Shown: positions 10,415 to 21,468 of the stretch, piece by piece | Layout: each line of letters opens with the position of its first letter | How positions within the stretch are numbered: position 1 is the stretch's first letter | Source: Oculina patagonica | Taxonomy: Eukaryota | DNA length: 64,000 bases | NCBI RefSeq assembly: GCF_052425735.1 | Contig: NC_135758.1 | Location: 23,374,001-23,438,000, forward strand | Reading direction: 5' to 3' | Position numbers and translations under genes: made by a program | Notes under the pieces: model-generated | Seen by the model: the letters and a program-made list of their open reading frames with translations, nothing else | Database searches by the model: none | What the model was told of the DNA's origin: nothing

Positions 10415-12448
10415 ATGCACAACGGTGGTGTTCTTGGCGACGAGGGAAGAAAAGCTCTAAACGCTTGTGTAAAGGTCAAGATTTATGGGAAACCAGAAAC
10501 TCGAAAATATGATTTTACGACAGCAGCGAAGCGTTTAAATGGTTGTTATGCTGGTGAGTTGCCCGCCGGGTCGTACGCCTCGTGTTCGCTTCCCGTGAAA
10601 CTTGATGAAAGAGGACGCATGATCGAGAGAACTTACGACATTGTTGATATTCATGATGCGCTTGTTAACTTTGATGAAAAGATATGTGTTGAAAAATACC
10701 CGACAGAAGGACCGGGATCTGATAAACTGAAAGACTTGATTGAAAAACGAAGAGCTGATATTGAAAGAGAGCTTGAGGAAGCCACTGCTGACCCAAACCG
10801 ACGACACAGATATTCCTGGGTTGTTGCACAGCGAAGAGTGAGGGACTGCTTTGCTGGAAACTTTGCCGAAGATCGATGGCTAGTTTTAAGGTCAGGTGGA
10901 AAACCCCTCGACATTATTGAGATTTATCATGATGTTTCTCGTTGGGACAAAGCAACAAAAAAAGCCAGTGAAAAAAGAGCTACTTTAGAAAAGGAATATG
11001 CCGAAGCTGCTGCTGCTGTGGAGGAAAATGTAAAACATACACTCCGTAGATATCACCACGAAGAAGTAGTGAAGCGTTTGTGTGCTTGTTATTATGAGTC
11101 CATTCCTTTTAATGAAGTAAGAGATTCTGGCGTAGTCCCTGTCGAAATTGATAAAAATGGTCATAGGAATTTTAATAGTGATTATGATATTTTTGATATT
11201 CACAAAGCATTTCTTCAACTTAATGGGAAAAAACTGCTACAAAAATACCCAGAAGAAGGGCCTGGTTCTGAGGAATTGAAAAAGTTAATTGATGAACACA
11301 GAGATAATCTAAAAGAAGAATATCAGAAAGCCACATGTGATACAGGTGGTGAACCACGTCTACGTGAATATTCTGCAAGTGAGGCAGAGCGCAGAGTGAG
11401 AGATTGCTTTGCTGGTGCCCACTTGAGGGACACAGATATACTTGCCACAGTGAAGAAAGATGGAAATGATGGTGACCAGACTTATGACATTTTTGATATA
11501 AAGCAAGCAGTTGATCATTTTGACATAAAGACATTTGTTGATGCATTCAAGTACCCTAAAGGAGGGCAAAAATGTGGTGAAAAGAAGCAAATGGTTGATG
11601 AACAAAGGGCTGATATTCAAGAAGAGTATGAGCTAGCCACTAGTTGTACTGAAATTGAGCATGGCTCAGGGTTTATAGTTCATAATCATTTTATAATTAC
11701 CAATAGGCATGTGATTGAAACCTATTTAAATGAGACAGAGAGTCATGAAATCCGAATTTCCAATGCAGCCATTGGTGAACTGGCTTGCACGGTTGCTTAC
11801 TATGATGCGGGGAAAGATTTGGCATTACTTTTTTGTCCAGATCTCAATTTAGAGCAAAGTGGAATTTGTCCATTGCAGCTGTCCAGCCAGTCATTATTAC
11901 CAGGCATGTCAATTTTTTCTTTTGGTTATCCCATGAGCCATACAGAAGAAACAGCTCTCTTTGTAAGTGGCAATGTCTCTGGTTCCAAGAAAACCTTAGC
12001 AGGTCATTCAATGGTTGTTTTGAATTGCTCCCTCAACTCTGGCAACTCAGGTGGTCCGGTACTGTGTTGGGTCAATGGTCAATTAAAGGTGGCTGGTGTT
12101 GCAACACAGAAACATTTGAAACAGATTCTAACCTTGGAGGAGAGGAAAATCATTGAAAAAATACGGAATTCATTACAAACCCATGCCATTCCTGATGTGC
12201 CAGATGATCATCTTGTAAAGCGTTCAGAGGCAAGTTTATTTCAGACTGATTATTTTTTAGAACTGCATCCAGTTTGTCAGACTTCTATGTCCCTACTGAC
12301 ATTGAAACTGTACGATGCCTTGGAAACACACTCTCAGTTTAATTTAAGTAATGCCTTGCCTGGACATTTAGTTAATAAGTTTATCAAAAACGCTATCAGT
12401 GAATGTACTGGAGTGTACAAAGAAGAGTTGGCAGAAATGTTAAAGTAA
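10415..12448 (+). CDS. Trypsin-like serine protease (HtrA/Trypsin_2-type motifs) with four internal repeats, single coding exon, 677 aa
   Basis: GSGF, TNRH (His432), KDLALL (Asp468), FGYP and GNSGGP (Ser545). Polypyrimidine tract and cag acceptor at 10390, in-frame stop just before the ATG. No signal peptide or PDZ domain evident. Confidence 0.92.
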   Translation: MHNGGVLGDEGRKALNACVKVKIYGKPETRKYDFTTAAKRLNGCYAGELPAGSYASCSLPVKLDERGRMIERTYDIVDIHDALVNFDEKICVEKYPTEGPGSDKLKDLIEKRRADIERELEEATADPNRRHRYSWVVAQRRVRDCFAGNFAEDRWLVLRSGGKPLDIIEIYHDVSRWDKATKKASEKRATLEKEYAEAAAAVEENVKHTLRRYHHEEVVKRLCACYYESIPFNEVRDSGVVPVEIDKNGHRNFNSDYDIFDIHKAFLQLNGKKLLQKYPEEGPGSEELKKLIDEHRDNLKEEYQKATCDTGGEPRLREYSASEAERRVRDCFAGAHLRDTDILATVKKDGNDGDQTYDIFDIKQAVDHFDIKTFVDAFKYPKGGQKCGEKKQMVDEQRADIQEEYELATSCTEIEHGSGFIVHNHFIITNRHVIETYLNETESHEIRISNAAIGELACTVAYYDAGKDLALLFCPDLNLEQSGICPLQLSSQSLLPGMSIFSFGYPMSHTEETALFVSGNVSGSKKTLAGHSMVVLNCSLNSGNSGGPVLCWVNGQLKVAGVATQKHLKQILTLEERKIIEKIRNSLQTHAIPDVPDDHLVKRSEASLFQTDYFLELHPVCQTSMSLLTLKLYDALETHSQFNLSNALPGHLVNKFIKNAISECTGVYKEELAEMLK

Positions 12449-12523
12449 TTTTTTGTGACTCATTGAAATGCAGTAATTCTTAACTATGCCTTGGATCATT
12501 CATCAATCAATGTAACTTTTAAT

Positions 12524-12928
12524 CCCGGGGCGGTGGGGGGGGGGGGGGCACTCAAAAAAGTTTTATACGGGGAGGCTCCGCCCCAAGCTTTTACCCCTTA
12601 CCCTTTTATATACCATTTTGACAGAAATTGTACCCCTTTTGTATACCTTTTAATGAAAAAAGGTACCCCTTTCATATACCTAAAAGACATGGCATAGACT
12701 AAAATAGATAAATTAATTAAAATAATACAGCCATAAAGTGCGTCTGCTCGAAATATTATAACTAAAGGCCCAGTTAAAAACATAAATGACGGATTTTCAT
12801 ACCCTTTCGTTTACCAAAACTTTTGAAACTTCTACCCTTTTATACACCTAAAGCCTAAAAAAGGTACCCCTTTCGGGTGGAGCCTCCCCGTATAGGCCAT
12901 TATAGGGAGTACCCCCCCCCCCCCCGGG
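12524..12928. mobile_element. MITE with CCCGGG(G)n termini and 8-bp TSD
   Basis: Exact TSD cttttaat at 12516-12523 and 12929-12936; internal TACCCCTTT repeats; inserted 75 bp after the protease stop codon. Confidence 0.88.
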
Positions 12929-13599
12929 CTTTTAATATGTAGTTGTTACACTTAAAAGGTACAGAAGCAATAAGTTACTATTGAATAAATAAGGAACACA
13001 GTTTATGTAACCTAATGTTATTAGGTAGACTTCTCACACATCCTGTCAGTGTTGGCTAAAAAGTGTTTCATTCGACATATTTTAAGGGTGAGCTGCATAC
13101 AAAGATGTTAAGTGTCCTGTTCTATAGAAATTTCACAGGGACTGTAGTTGTTTGATAGCTGCTTGAAACAGGATGTGATAATTTGCATTCATGTATAAAG
13201 TTGTTAATGAGGTACAAAAACCTTTCTGCAAATTCTATTTACCATGATGTTACTTCTCTTTTATATATATGGTTTTGCTAGCTGGCATTTAACGCAACTG
13301 AAAGTTTAGTCATATTTATTTGTAGTTATGGATCAAGAGTTTGTTATAAATTAAATGAACAACTGTAACATACAACCCAGTTAAGAAATAGAAATTGGTG
13401 GCATAATTTTATTTGTTCTTGTAATCAGTGTTATCAAGGCTTGTTTAGGCACAATAAATAAATTTAATTTCTTAAAATAGTATTATTTCACCATAAGTGC
13501 ATTCTTTCCCATGGTTAAGGCCAACTAGCATTGTGCACCATGAGCCAGTCATACCAAAATTTAATAATGATACTGCTATACATCAATCGAAAGTTTTGC

Positions 13600-14146
13600 G
13601 TGTTTTATAATGACCGAGCTATGAACAAATCATCTAAATTACTGAGTAATTTAGATGATTTGTTCCGGACATTGGGGTGGCGAAGACACTTATCAAAGTT
13701 TAGAACAGAAGTCTATCCTAATGTATAAAACATTACATGGTATGACTCCTGATTATCTGAGATCAAGATTCGTATATCGTGACGATGTTAGTGCTTATCG
13801 TTTAAGGAATACCGAAAACAAATTAGTTCTTCCACAACCTCGAACTGATTTTCTCAAGAAAAGTTTTTCGTACAGTGGAGCTCAGTTGTGGAACAACTTA
13901 CCTGAAGACCTAAGACAAGCATCTTCACTGGCCGATTTCAAATCTAAATTAATTCGGCACAGTTTAAAGTAATATCTCAATTGTAAGTAAATTTTAGACA
14001 CGGCCTCCATGAAAAGCAGACTTTTCTTTTGTTATTTTGAATTTGTTGTTATTAAATTTTTGTAGTTAGTTAGATAGGTAGATAGTCCAGTAACTTAATT
14101 GACTGATGGAAAACCGTGTATAAATAAAGTTATCTTATCTTATCTT
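13600..14146 (+). mobile_element. 5'-truncated L2/Crack-like LINE 3' end
   Basis: YKTLHGMTPDYL...YRLRN...LPQPRTDFLKKSFSYSGAQLWNNLP is the typical ORF2 C-terminus; ends in aataaag(ttatc)n tail. Confidence 0.85.
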
Positions 14147-14363
14147 AGCATTTGAACTGGTACAAGGGCCATTTAAAAAGGTTTTAAATTTTTTTCAAAT
14201 TCGGGGCGCAAATAAATTTTTAAAAGGGAATTTTTTTTTTTTTTTTCTTTTTTTTTTGGGGGGTTTTTTTTTAATTTATTTAAATAATTTTTCCCGCCGG
14301 GGGGGAAATAAAATTTTTTAATATTGTGGTACAAGGGCCGGTACAAGTCACTACAAGCGCTTA

Positions 14364-14633
14364 GGGGCGGACCATTTTTTTTTTGGAGGGGGATATAAAA
14401 AATATTAAAAAAAGGTTTGCAGGGCCTAGAAAGACAAAATAAATTGTTTGCAAACACGATATGTATAACAAAAAATAGTTTGCATTTCGAAAATCGTTTG
14501 AAGAGGAAACGTTTTCGCACCTACCCCCCTACCCCCCTAACAAAAAAAAGTTTGCATTTCGAAAATCGTTTGAAGAGGAAACGTTTTCGTACCTACTCAC
14601 CCCCCCCCCCCCAAGAAAATAATGGTCCGTCCC
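14364..14633. mobile_element. MITE (PIF/Harbinger-like)
   Basis: TIRs ggggcggaccatt / aatggtccgtccc; internal ~70-bp tandem duplication. Confidence 0.65.
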
Positions 14634-15450
14634 TTTGGTGCTGGGAACAATTTTGGCGTTGACTAAAGGGCCTTGAAGACAGTTTTATTGTTCTATTAGA
14701 ATAAACTTCAAACATCATTATTATGGTTATTTAAATCTAGCGGCATATTTTTGGTGACTTCCCTATTATTAGTAGCATATTGAATATGTACAAAACAAAT
14801 AACGAGCACTGCTAATACACAATATCCTGTTTTTACGAGAACAATCTACGAAAGTCTAGCATCAGGGTAATGATTAACTGAGATGTGTAGTAAAACCAGA
14901 TATGCTCTTGTTCGCTGTTGGTGTCAATAAAATAATTAATAGTGAAATTGATGATTTTGAATGTCCAGTAAAAAAAATTTGTCGGCTTCGAAAGCCAACA
15001 GAGAGACGGATGTCCAATTTATGTAGAAATTAAACCAACAGAAGAAGATGTTCAAATAGTGTCAAAATGTCAATCAATAACTTTATTAAATTTAAACTTA
15101 CAAAGGGACAGCTGAAGTTAAAAAAAAAGCTAATCAGCTAACGTCGGTTGAACTAACCTCCTTAGAAAATTCAACTGCAATATAACGTGTCTCCGATGGT
15201 CTATATCTTTGTACTACTGCCTCAGTTGGAGTATATTCTCCTTTGAGATGTGAATAAAACGGAAAAGCAAAAAATACTAATATTACAACTTTTCACTAAA
15301 CATTTGAAAAATGATTATCAGTCAATCTTTCATTTGAATATGTTAGAAAGGGAATTTTTATTACAAAAAGGAAAACTCAAATGGCAGGTGGCTTTAATAT
15401 AGATCAGTTTGGAGGTGATTACACAAGTTCTGTGTTAGAAGGATTGGAAA

Positions 15451-16353
15451 ATGGAAACCTGGTTCACGATTCTCGGATGGTTTCTTACGATCTTGACCTT
15501 GACTGGAAATGGATTTATCATCTTCCTTGTTTGCAACAAACGGCAGCTTCGCACCAAAACCAACGCTTTTGTTGTTTCACTGGCAGTGGCGGATTTCTGC
15601 GTCGGGGTGATCGCTGTTCCCTCGTTTTTCTTTTCCGAGGAGACCCACTCAGAAGATCAGCTACCTGCTGACGGGGAACACATTTTACGATGGCTTTTCA
15701 TGGACGCGTCCGTGACGAACATGTGTAGTCTTGTACTGGACCGCTACATTGCTGTTGTAAAGCCTTTGAAATACATAACATTTATGAAGCGAGGTCGCGT
15801 CATTCAAATGATCTCCTTCTCTTGGGCAATCCCAGTTGTTTTTGTTACGTTTGAAGCATCACTCTTGCTTAGTTTTAAAATTCCTGTTGTAATTAATGTT
15901 TTCCTTTGGCTGGTTATGATATTTTTTGTGGTTGTTCCAAGTTTTATGTTAATCTTCTGTTTTGCATCCATGTTACATGTTGTCTTCAAGCAACATCGGG
16001 CTGTGCGTACATTGGCGAAACAGTTGCGTTTTAACCACCACGCCTTACATAAAACTCAAGAGAAGGCTGCAGTGATCACAATGGCAATCGTTATTGGAGT
16101 ATTTCTCCTGTGTTGCGGAATTCATTTGCGTTGTGGCTTTCTGCTAGCTTTCGATAACCAAGCTGCTAATAATCATTGTAATCATCATTATTTCGAAGTT
16201 CCTATTGTGGTTCTAAACTCTGCAGTGAACCCTTTAGCTTACGCTTTATTCAAGAGAGACGTTAAGAAGGAGCTTAAAAGAATGATATATTCTATAATAC
16301 AAAAGAACGTAAATTCATGTAACTCTGCGGTTAATTTCAGTCATTCTAGATAG
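15451..16353 (+). CDS. Class A (rhodopsin-like) orphan GPCR, cluster 1, 300 aa
   Basis: GN in TM1, SLAVAD in TM2, DRY, W in TM4, NSAVNPLAY in TM7; single exon. Confidence 0.93.
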   Translation: METWFTILGWFLTILTLTGNGFIIFLVCNKRQLRTKTNAFVVSLAVADFCVGVIAVPSFFFSEETHSEDQLPADGEHILRWLFMDASVTNMCSLVLDRYIAVVKPLKYITFMKRGRVIQMISFSWAIPVVFVTFEASLLLSFKIPVVINVFLWLVMIFFVVVPSFMLIFCFASMLHVVFKQHRAVRTLAKQLRFNHHALHKTQEKAAVITMAIVIGVFLLCCGIHLRCGFLLAFDNQAANNHCNHHYFEVPIVVLNSAVNPLAYALFKRDVKKELKRMIYSIIQKNVNSCNSAVNFSHSR

Positions 16354-17237
16354 CCCGAGTTTTTAGGAAAAGAGCCGTTCCTCTCGAGGGAATCGAGAGT
16401 TTTCTCCTGGCCGTCCCAGACTGCCGAGACGAGGGATGTTCAGTAGGTCGGGGTCCCTCAGTGTCAGTTTCAGAGAGGGCGAGACATTCAACTGGGGAAC
16501 CCAACAATATTTGGTAAATCGACGAGGCAAGTGCCTCGTCCTGCCTCTTGCTAGTTACGGCCCTGTTCTCTTGACGTCGCTTAAAAAAATCTGTCGGTCA
16601 ACGCGTGGAAAATTAAAAATATGTCATACAAAATATAATTACATCTTACGGCACTGTTATACTGTAAAATGACAAGTCAGTTAAGAGCAGGAAAGTTGCA
16701 GAGAAAATAAGAATATCTCAAGGAGCTTGTCTGAAAATTTAGGAGGAAAAGATAATGTTACAAGCGAGGAGCAGTGCTTTTACATCTTTTGAGCCAACTG
16801 GGATGTGACTCAATGGCGCTTTGGAGAAAGTTCTCTTGCCGAAGATTTGTAAGCTACGTACGTTCTGCATTCTGTATTCCATTTGCTTAATAAAGAATTT
16901 TAATGAACTGATAATAATAAAGGTGCCCCTTCAGTTCGTTCGTCTAATTGCCTTTTCGTACATGTCGTATTTCTCTTTTTTTTTGTGCACAACAAAGCAC
17001 TATCCCAATGTAAAAAGGAAAAATATCCCTGCTCATTCCTGGCATAAACGAAGAAATGATTAATAAAAGAAGCGAATTGATGAAGTGTCCTTAAGAATCA
17101 AGTAGTTTCAAGCGCTTTTCTCCTGTTTGAAAAGGCGATGTTATGACTCGTGCAATTATGGCAATGCCAGCTGGGAGGGAGCTGGATCCTAGTCATAATG
17201 TGTCGTCATAACATGGAAAACGCAAGAAATCCCCAGT

Positions 17238-17512
17238 GGTTTTCAAAAACCAAAACCAAAGTTCTCACTTAGGCCAATCACAAAGAACACAGACAACCCA
17301 GTGAACCAATCAAAACACAAAGCAAATACACGACGCGAAGCGCGGGTAAATTTGTGGGGGCGAGTCATGATTGGTTTTGATTTTACTTCTGATTGGTCGA
17401 GAAAGGGGGCGCGAGATTTTTTAACCAATGATCACCAATCACTCTGCGTAGTAACGCAAAACCAAAGAAAACGCGAATACTTTTGACACTCGTACGAAAA
17501 TGAACCGCTCTA
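17238..17512. repeat. Interspersed MITE-like repeat with CCAATCA/TGATTGG inverted motifs
   Basis: aaaaccaaaaccaaag...ccaatcac...tgattgg...gacactc...aaccgctcta organisation. Confidence 0.6.
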
Positions 17513-17869
17513 AAAGGCCATCGTAACATAAAATTTTAAGGTATGAGATTGCCGCGAGCTTAAGTTGCGCATGCGTTACAGGTTAGGTCATTTTCATGGT
17601 CTATTCTCTCATCGATCATAACTTTCGACCAGTGACGGCACACTTCTATACTACTGGAATTTTTCTTTTTTTTTTTTTTTTTTTTGTTCAAATTCAAAAT
17701 TTGTTTAAATTTGTATGCTTTCAGGCAAATTCGGCATAGAAAAGTTGGAGTGATTCTAACTTTTCTATGCCGAACTTCTATTTTCCCGCAGTTTTTTTCG
17801 CGTTTCCCTCGCCCCCACTAACTGCCCCTGGGTCTCCGAGGATGTCCAAGTATAAAAAAAAAATGTTCC

Positions 17870-17953
17870 TGTCAGGAGTGGGATTCGAACCCACGCCTAC
17901 ATGAGTAGACTGCGACCTGAACGCAGCGCCTTAGACCGCTCGGCCATCCTGAC
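17870..17953 (-). tRNA. tRNA-Leu(CAG)
   Basis: GTCAGGATGGCCGAGCGGTCTAAGGC...CTGCG TTCAGGT CGCAG, long variable arm, GTGGGTTCGAATCCCAC TCCTGACA; downstream oligo-T terminator. Confidence 0.96.
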
Positions 17954-18620
17954 CAACTGATGTATAGCTATAGCAGGCAAGTGAGTCATTACCTTGGTTT
18001 TTGTCTGACAATAAATTTTGACGCGATAATGATTTACATGGATTAAGTGTAAGATTTCTCGAAAGATTTGCATTCATTAAAAGTTTTAAAATTTGCATTC
18101 ATTTTATTATTCTATTATTATTCCTGAAAATACTTATACAAAAAGAGAGCGATGAAAGCAATAAGAAAAAACAATATCACACTTTTCCTTGTCAAATTAA
18201 AAAAAACCCTTCTCATTCGTGGAAGAAATGTGCTGCAGCTAGTCTGTCCTACTTCCCTTTCTTCAATATTTTATCTTAATCACTTCGCACTATTGAAAAT
18301 TAGCCAATAATTTGTGAAGTTTATTTCAACTGGATTACCAATTCCTGCGTTCTATTTCTATCTCCGCCTTGGACAATTCATAAAAACAAGAAAAAATTTC
18401 CAGCGAATTTTGCGGCAATTGATTAATATCAATTACCCTCGTTATTAACGATTCTGTCATTTGAATGTCATACAAGGGAATTATAAATACAAACAGGAAA
18501 ATTTAACATACAGTATAAGATGACCCGGCAGATGGTTTTAACATAACTTCTGTTCCTTTGGGGTGAATATATCTTTTTTTCCAACAAAAAGTCTCTTGAT
18601 AAACGTCCTCTAACTGGAAA

Positions 18621-19490
18621 ATGGAAACTTGGTTCTGGATTCTCGGCTGGTTTCTTTCAATACTGACCATAACTGGAAATGGATTAATTATCTTCCTTGT
18701 TTGTTGCAAACGACAGCTTCGCACCAAAACCAACGTGTTTGTTATTTCACTGGCAGTGGCGGATTTCTGCGTCGGTTTGACCGCCGTTCCCTTGTTATTC
18801 TCCTCCAGGAAGACTCACTCAGAAGATCAGCTACCTACTGACGGGGAGCATTTTGTAACCTGGCTATTTATGGAGGCGTCCGTGACGAATATGTGTAGTC
18901 TGGTACTGGATCGCTACATGGCTGTCGTGAAGCCTTTGAAATATCTTACCTTTATGAAGCACCGTCGCGTCATTCAGATGGTCTCTTTATCTTGGGCTTT
19001 CCCAGTTGTTTTCATTATTGTTAAATCATCGCTCTTGCTTAGTTTTAAATCAGCTGTTAGTGTTTTGATGTGGCTGTCTATGACATTTTTTGAGTTCGTT
19101 CCATGTTTCATGTTAATATTCTGTTTTGCTGCCATGTTACGTGTTGTTTGTAAGCATGATCGAGCTGCGCGGACATTGGCGAAACAGTTACGTTTTAACA
19201 ATCATGCTTTGTGTATTAAACCTCAAGAGAAGACGGCGGTTAACATTATGGCAATCGTTATAGGAGTATTCCTTGTATGTTGCGGAATCCAATTGCGCTG
19301 TGGCCTAATGATAGTCTTTAATAGTAACATTGACCAATTATGCAATGTTCTACATCTCCAAGTACTTGTTGTGGTTCTAAACTCTGCTGTTAATCCTTTA
19401 GCTTACGCTTTATTCAAGCGGGACATAAAGAAGGAGCTTCATAGACTGATCTGTTTTTCGAGATTACAAAAGCGGAACTACCTCAGTTGA
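18621..19490 (+). CDS. Class A orphan GPCR, cluster 1, 289 aa (paralog of 15451)
   Basis: SLAVAD, DRY, NSAVNPLAY; close similarity to 15451-16353. Confidence 0.93.
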   Translation: METWFWILGWFLSILTITGNGLIIFLVCCKRQLRTKTNVFVISLAVADFCVGLTAVPLLFSSRKTHSEDQLPTDGEHFVTWLFMEASVTNMCSLVLDRYMAVVKPLKYLTFMKHRRVIQMVSLSWAFPVVFIIVKSSLLLSFKSAVSVLMWLSMTFFEFVPCFMLIFCFAAMLRVVCKHDRAARTLAKQLRFNNHALCIKPQEKTAVNIMAIVIGVFLVCCGIQLRCGLMIVFNSNIDQLCNVLHLQVLVVVLNSAVNPLAYALFKRDIKKELHRLICFSRLQKRNYLS

Positions 19491-20247
19491 TTTATTCATA
19501 CTCATAGTAGGTCGAAATAAGCTGTTCCTCACGAGCGAATCCCAAAAGAGATTTGCGTAAACTGACGGGTACTGGCAAAAAAGAAATAGATTGTTGTATA
19601 GGAAATACGATTGCATCTCAGGTTACTAACTCTACCAGTCAAAACAGGTAGACGAGTATTCAATGTATTTGCATTTTTTTAAATTTTTTAGAATTCTCAA
19701 AATTATAAGTATTAATTGTATTTTCATTTTTAGCACTTTTAGGATTTTTACAATTATTTAATGTATTTTCATGGTGAACCTGGAAACTAGCTTTTAGCGA
19801 AGTGTTCTAACCATGTAAAATAAAGTTATCTTTCTATCTATCTATGTAGAAAAATATGTACATTGTAAAAAAAAATGTGTGAAAAGTTAACTTTATAAAA
19901 AAGGTAGTTCATACATTACTTTTATTTACTCGGATTACAAGAGTAGCTACTCATTAAAAGCTAATTTCTCCGAGAAAGAGAGAGAAAAAAAAATTAAATA
20001 AATGAAATAACTAAAATAAAAATAAAATCGTTTGTAATATATATTAAACTACTTTTTAAATGCATCTAGTTTAATCAAACCCTGGAAAGAGACGTTAATA
20101 GTTCTTTGATGAAAGTTGGATATTGACGAGCATTTGTAAATATAACCATGTATACATTTACGTATTTCTACATTTTGACGGAAGATTTTAATAAATATGG
20201 TAATTATTCAGTTGATTCCTTGAGTTGATCTTGTCGTGTATCACAGT

Positions 20248-20331
20248 GTCAGAATGGTCGAGCGGTCTAAGGCGCTGCGTTCAGGTCGCAGTCTACTCAT
20301 GTAGGCATGGGTTCGAATCCCACTTCTGACA
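20248..20331 (+). tRNA. tRNA-Leu(CAG), divergent copy
   Basis: Full cloverleaf; acceptor stem GTCAGAA/TTCTGAC fully paired; G.U pair in the D stem and an A-C mismatch at the first T-stem pair. Confidence 0.82.
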
Positions 20332-21468
20332 GCAGCATTTTATTTTTATTTGAACCAAAAGAGAAACACCGAAACGTAAAATAGAAAAGCAATGAAGTTA
20401 CTTAGCAACATTTCTGCTAAAAACGCGGGCTTATTAATTTCCAGTCCACGAAGTTTCATGTTCCACCGTCTAAAGGAAGTACTGCAATAAAATCGTAATG
20501 CTTTCTTTGAAAGTGCAAAATGGCTCACTGTTGCATAAATTATGCAAAAGCACACAACATACAAAACCACCTTTCCATATGCAAAGAGCGAGAGGAACTT
20601 CATCTGCATCCTTAATTTTCGCTGCGTTTTCCGTCTATTTGGGTTGTGATGTGTTACACTGACACAATTGAAAAAAAAACCTAGCAGTCGTTTAGATACA
20701 GAGCTTCGATGAGAATAAATTAGAAAAAAAGTTTAGAAGTAAACTCAAGGAATCAACTGAATAATTACCATATTTATTAAAATCTTCCGTCAAAATGTAG
20801 AAATACGTAAATGTATACATGGTTATATTTACAAATGCTCGTCAATATCCAACTTTCATCAAAGAACTATTAACGTCTCTTTCCAGGGTTTGATTAAACT
20901 AGATGCATTTAAAAAGTAGTTTAATATATATTACAAACGATTTTATTTTTATTTTAGTTATTTCATTTATTTAATTTTTTTTTATCTCTCTTTCTCGGAG
21001 AAATTAGCTTTTAATGAGTAGCTACTCTTGTAATCCGAGTAAATAAAAGTGATGTATGAACTACCTTTTTTATAAAGTTAACTTTTCACACATTTTTTTT
21101 ACAATGTACATATTTTTCTACATAGATAGATAGATAACTTTATTTTACATGGTTAGAACACTTCGCTAAAAGGTAGTTTCCAGGTTCACCATGAAAATAC
21201 ATTAAATAATTGTAAAAATCCTAAAAGTGCTAAAAATGAAAATACAATTAATACTTATAATTTTGAGAATTCTAAAAAATTTAAAAAATTAAATTTATTT
21301 TTAATTCCTCCTCTCCTTTTTTGGGGGGGGTAGTAACCTGAGATGCAATCGTATTTCCTATACAACAATCTATTTCTTTTTTGCCAGTACCCGTCAGTTT
21401 ACGCAAATCTCTTTTGGGATTCGCTCGTGAGGAACAGCTTATTTCGACCTACTATGAGTATGAATAAA

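Noticed and set aside
10415-12448. Calling the protease FAM111 or HTRA
   Set aside because: No ubiquitin-like/PIP region, PDZ, Kazal domain or signal peptide is recognisable; only the catalytic motifs are shared, so no gene symbol was given.
14173-14662. Lys/Phe-rich ORFs
   Set aside because: They arise from homopolymer-rich, low-quality sequence and a MITE.
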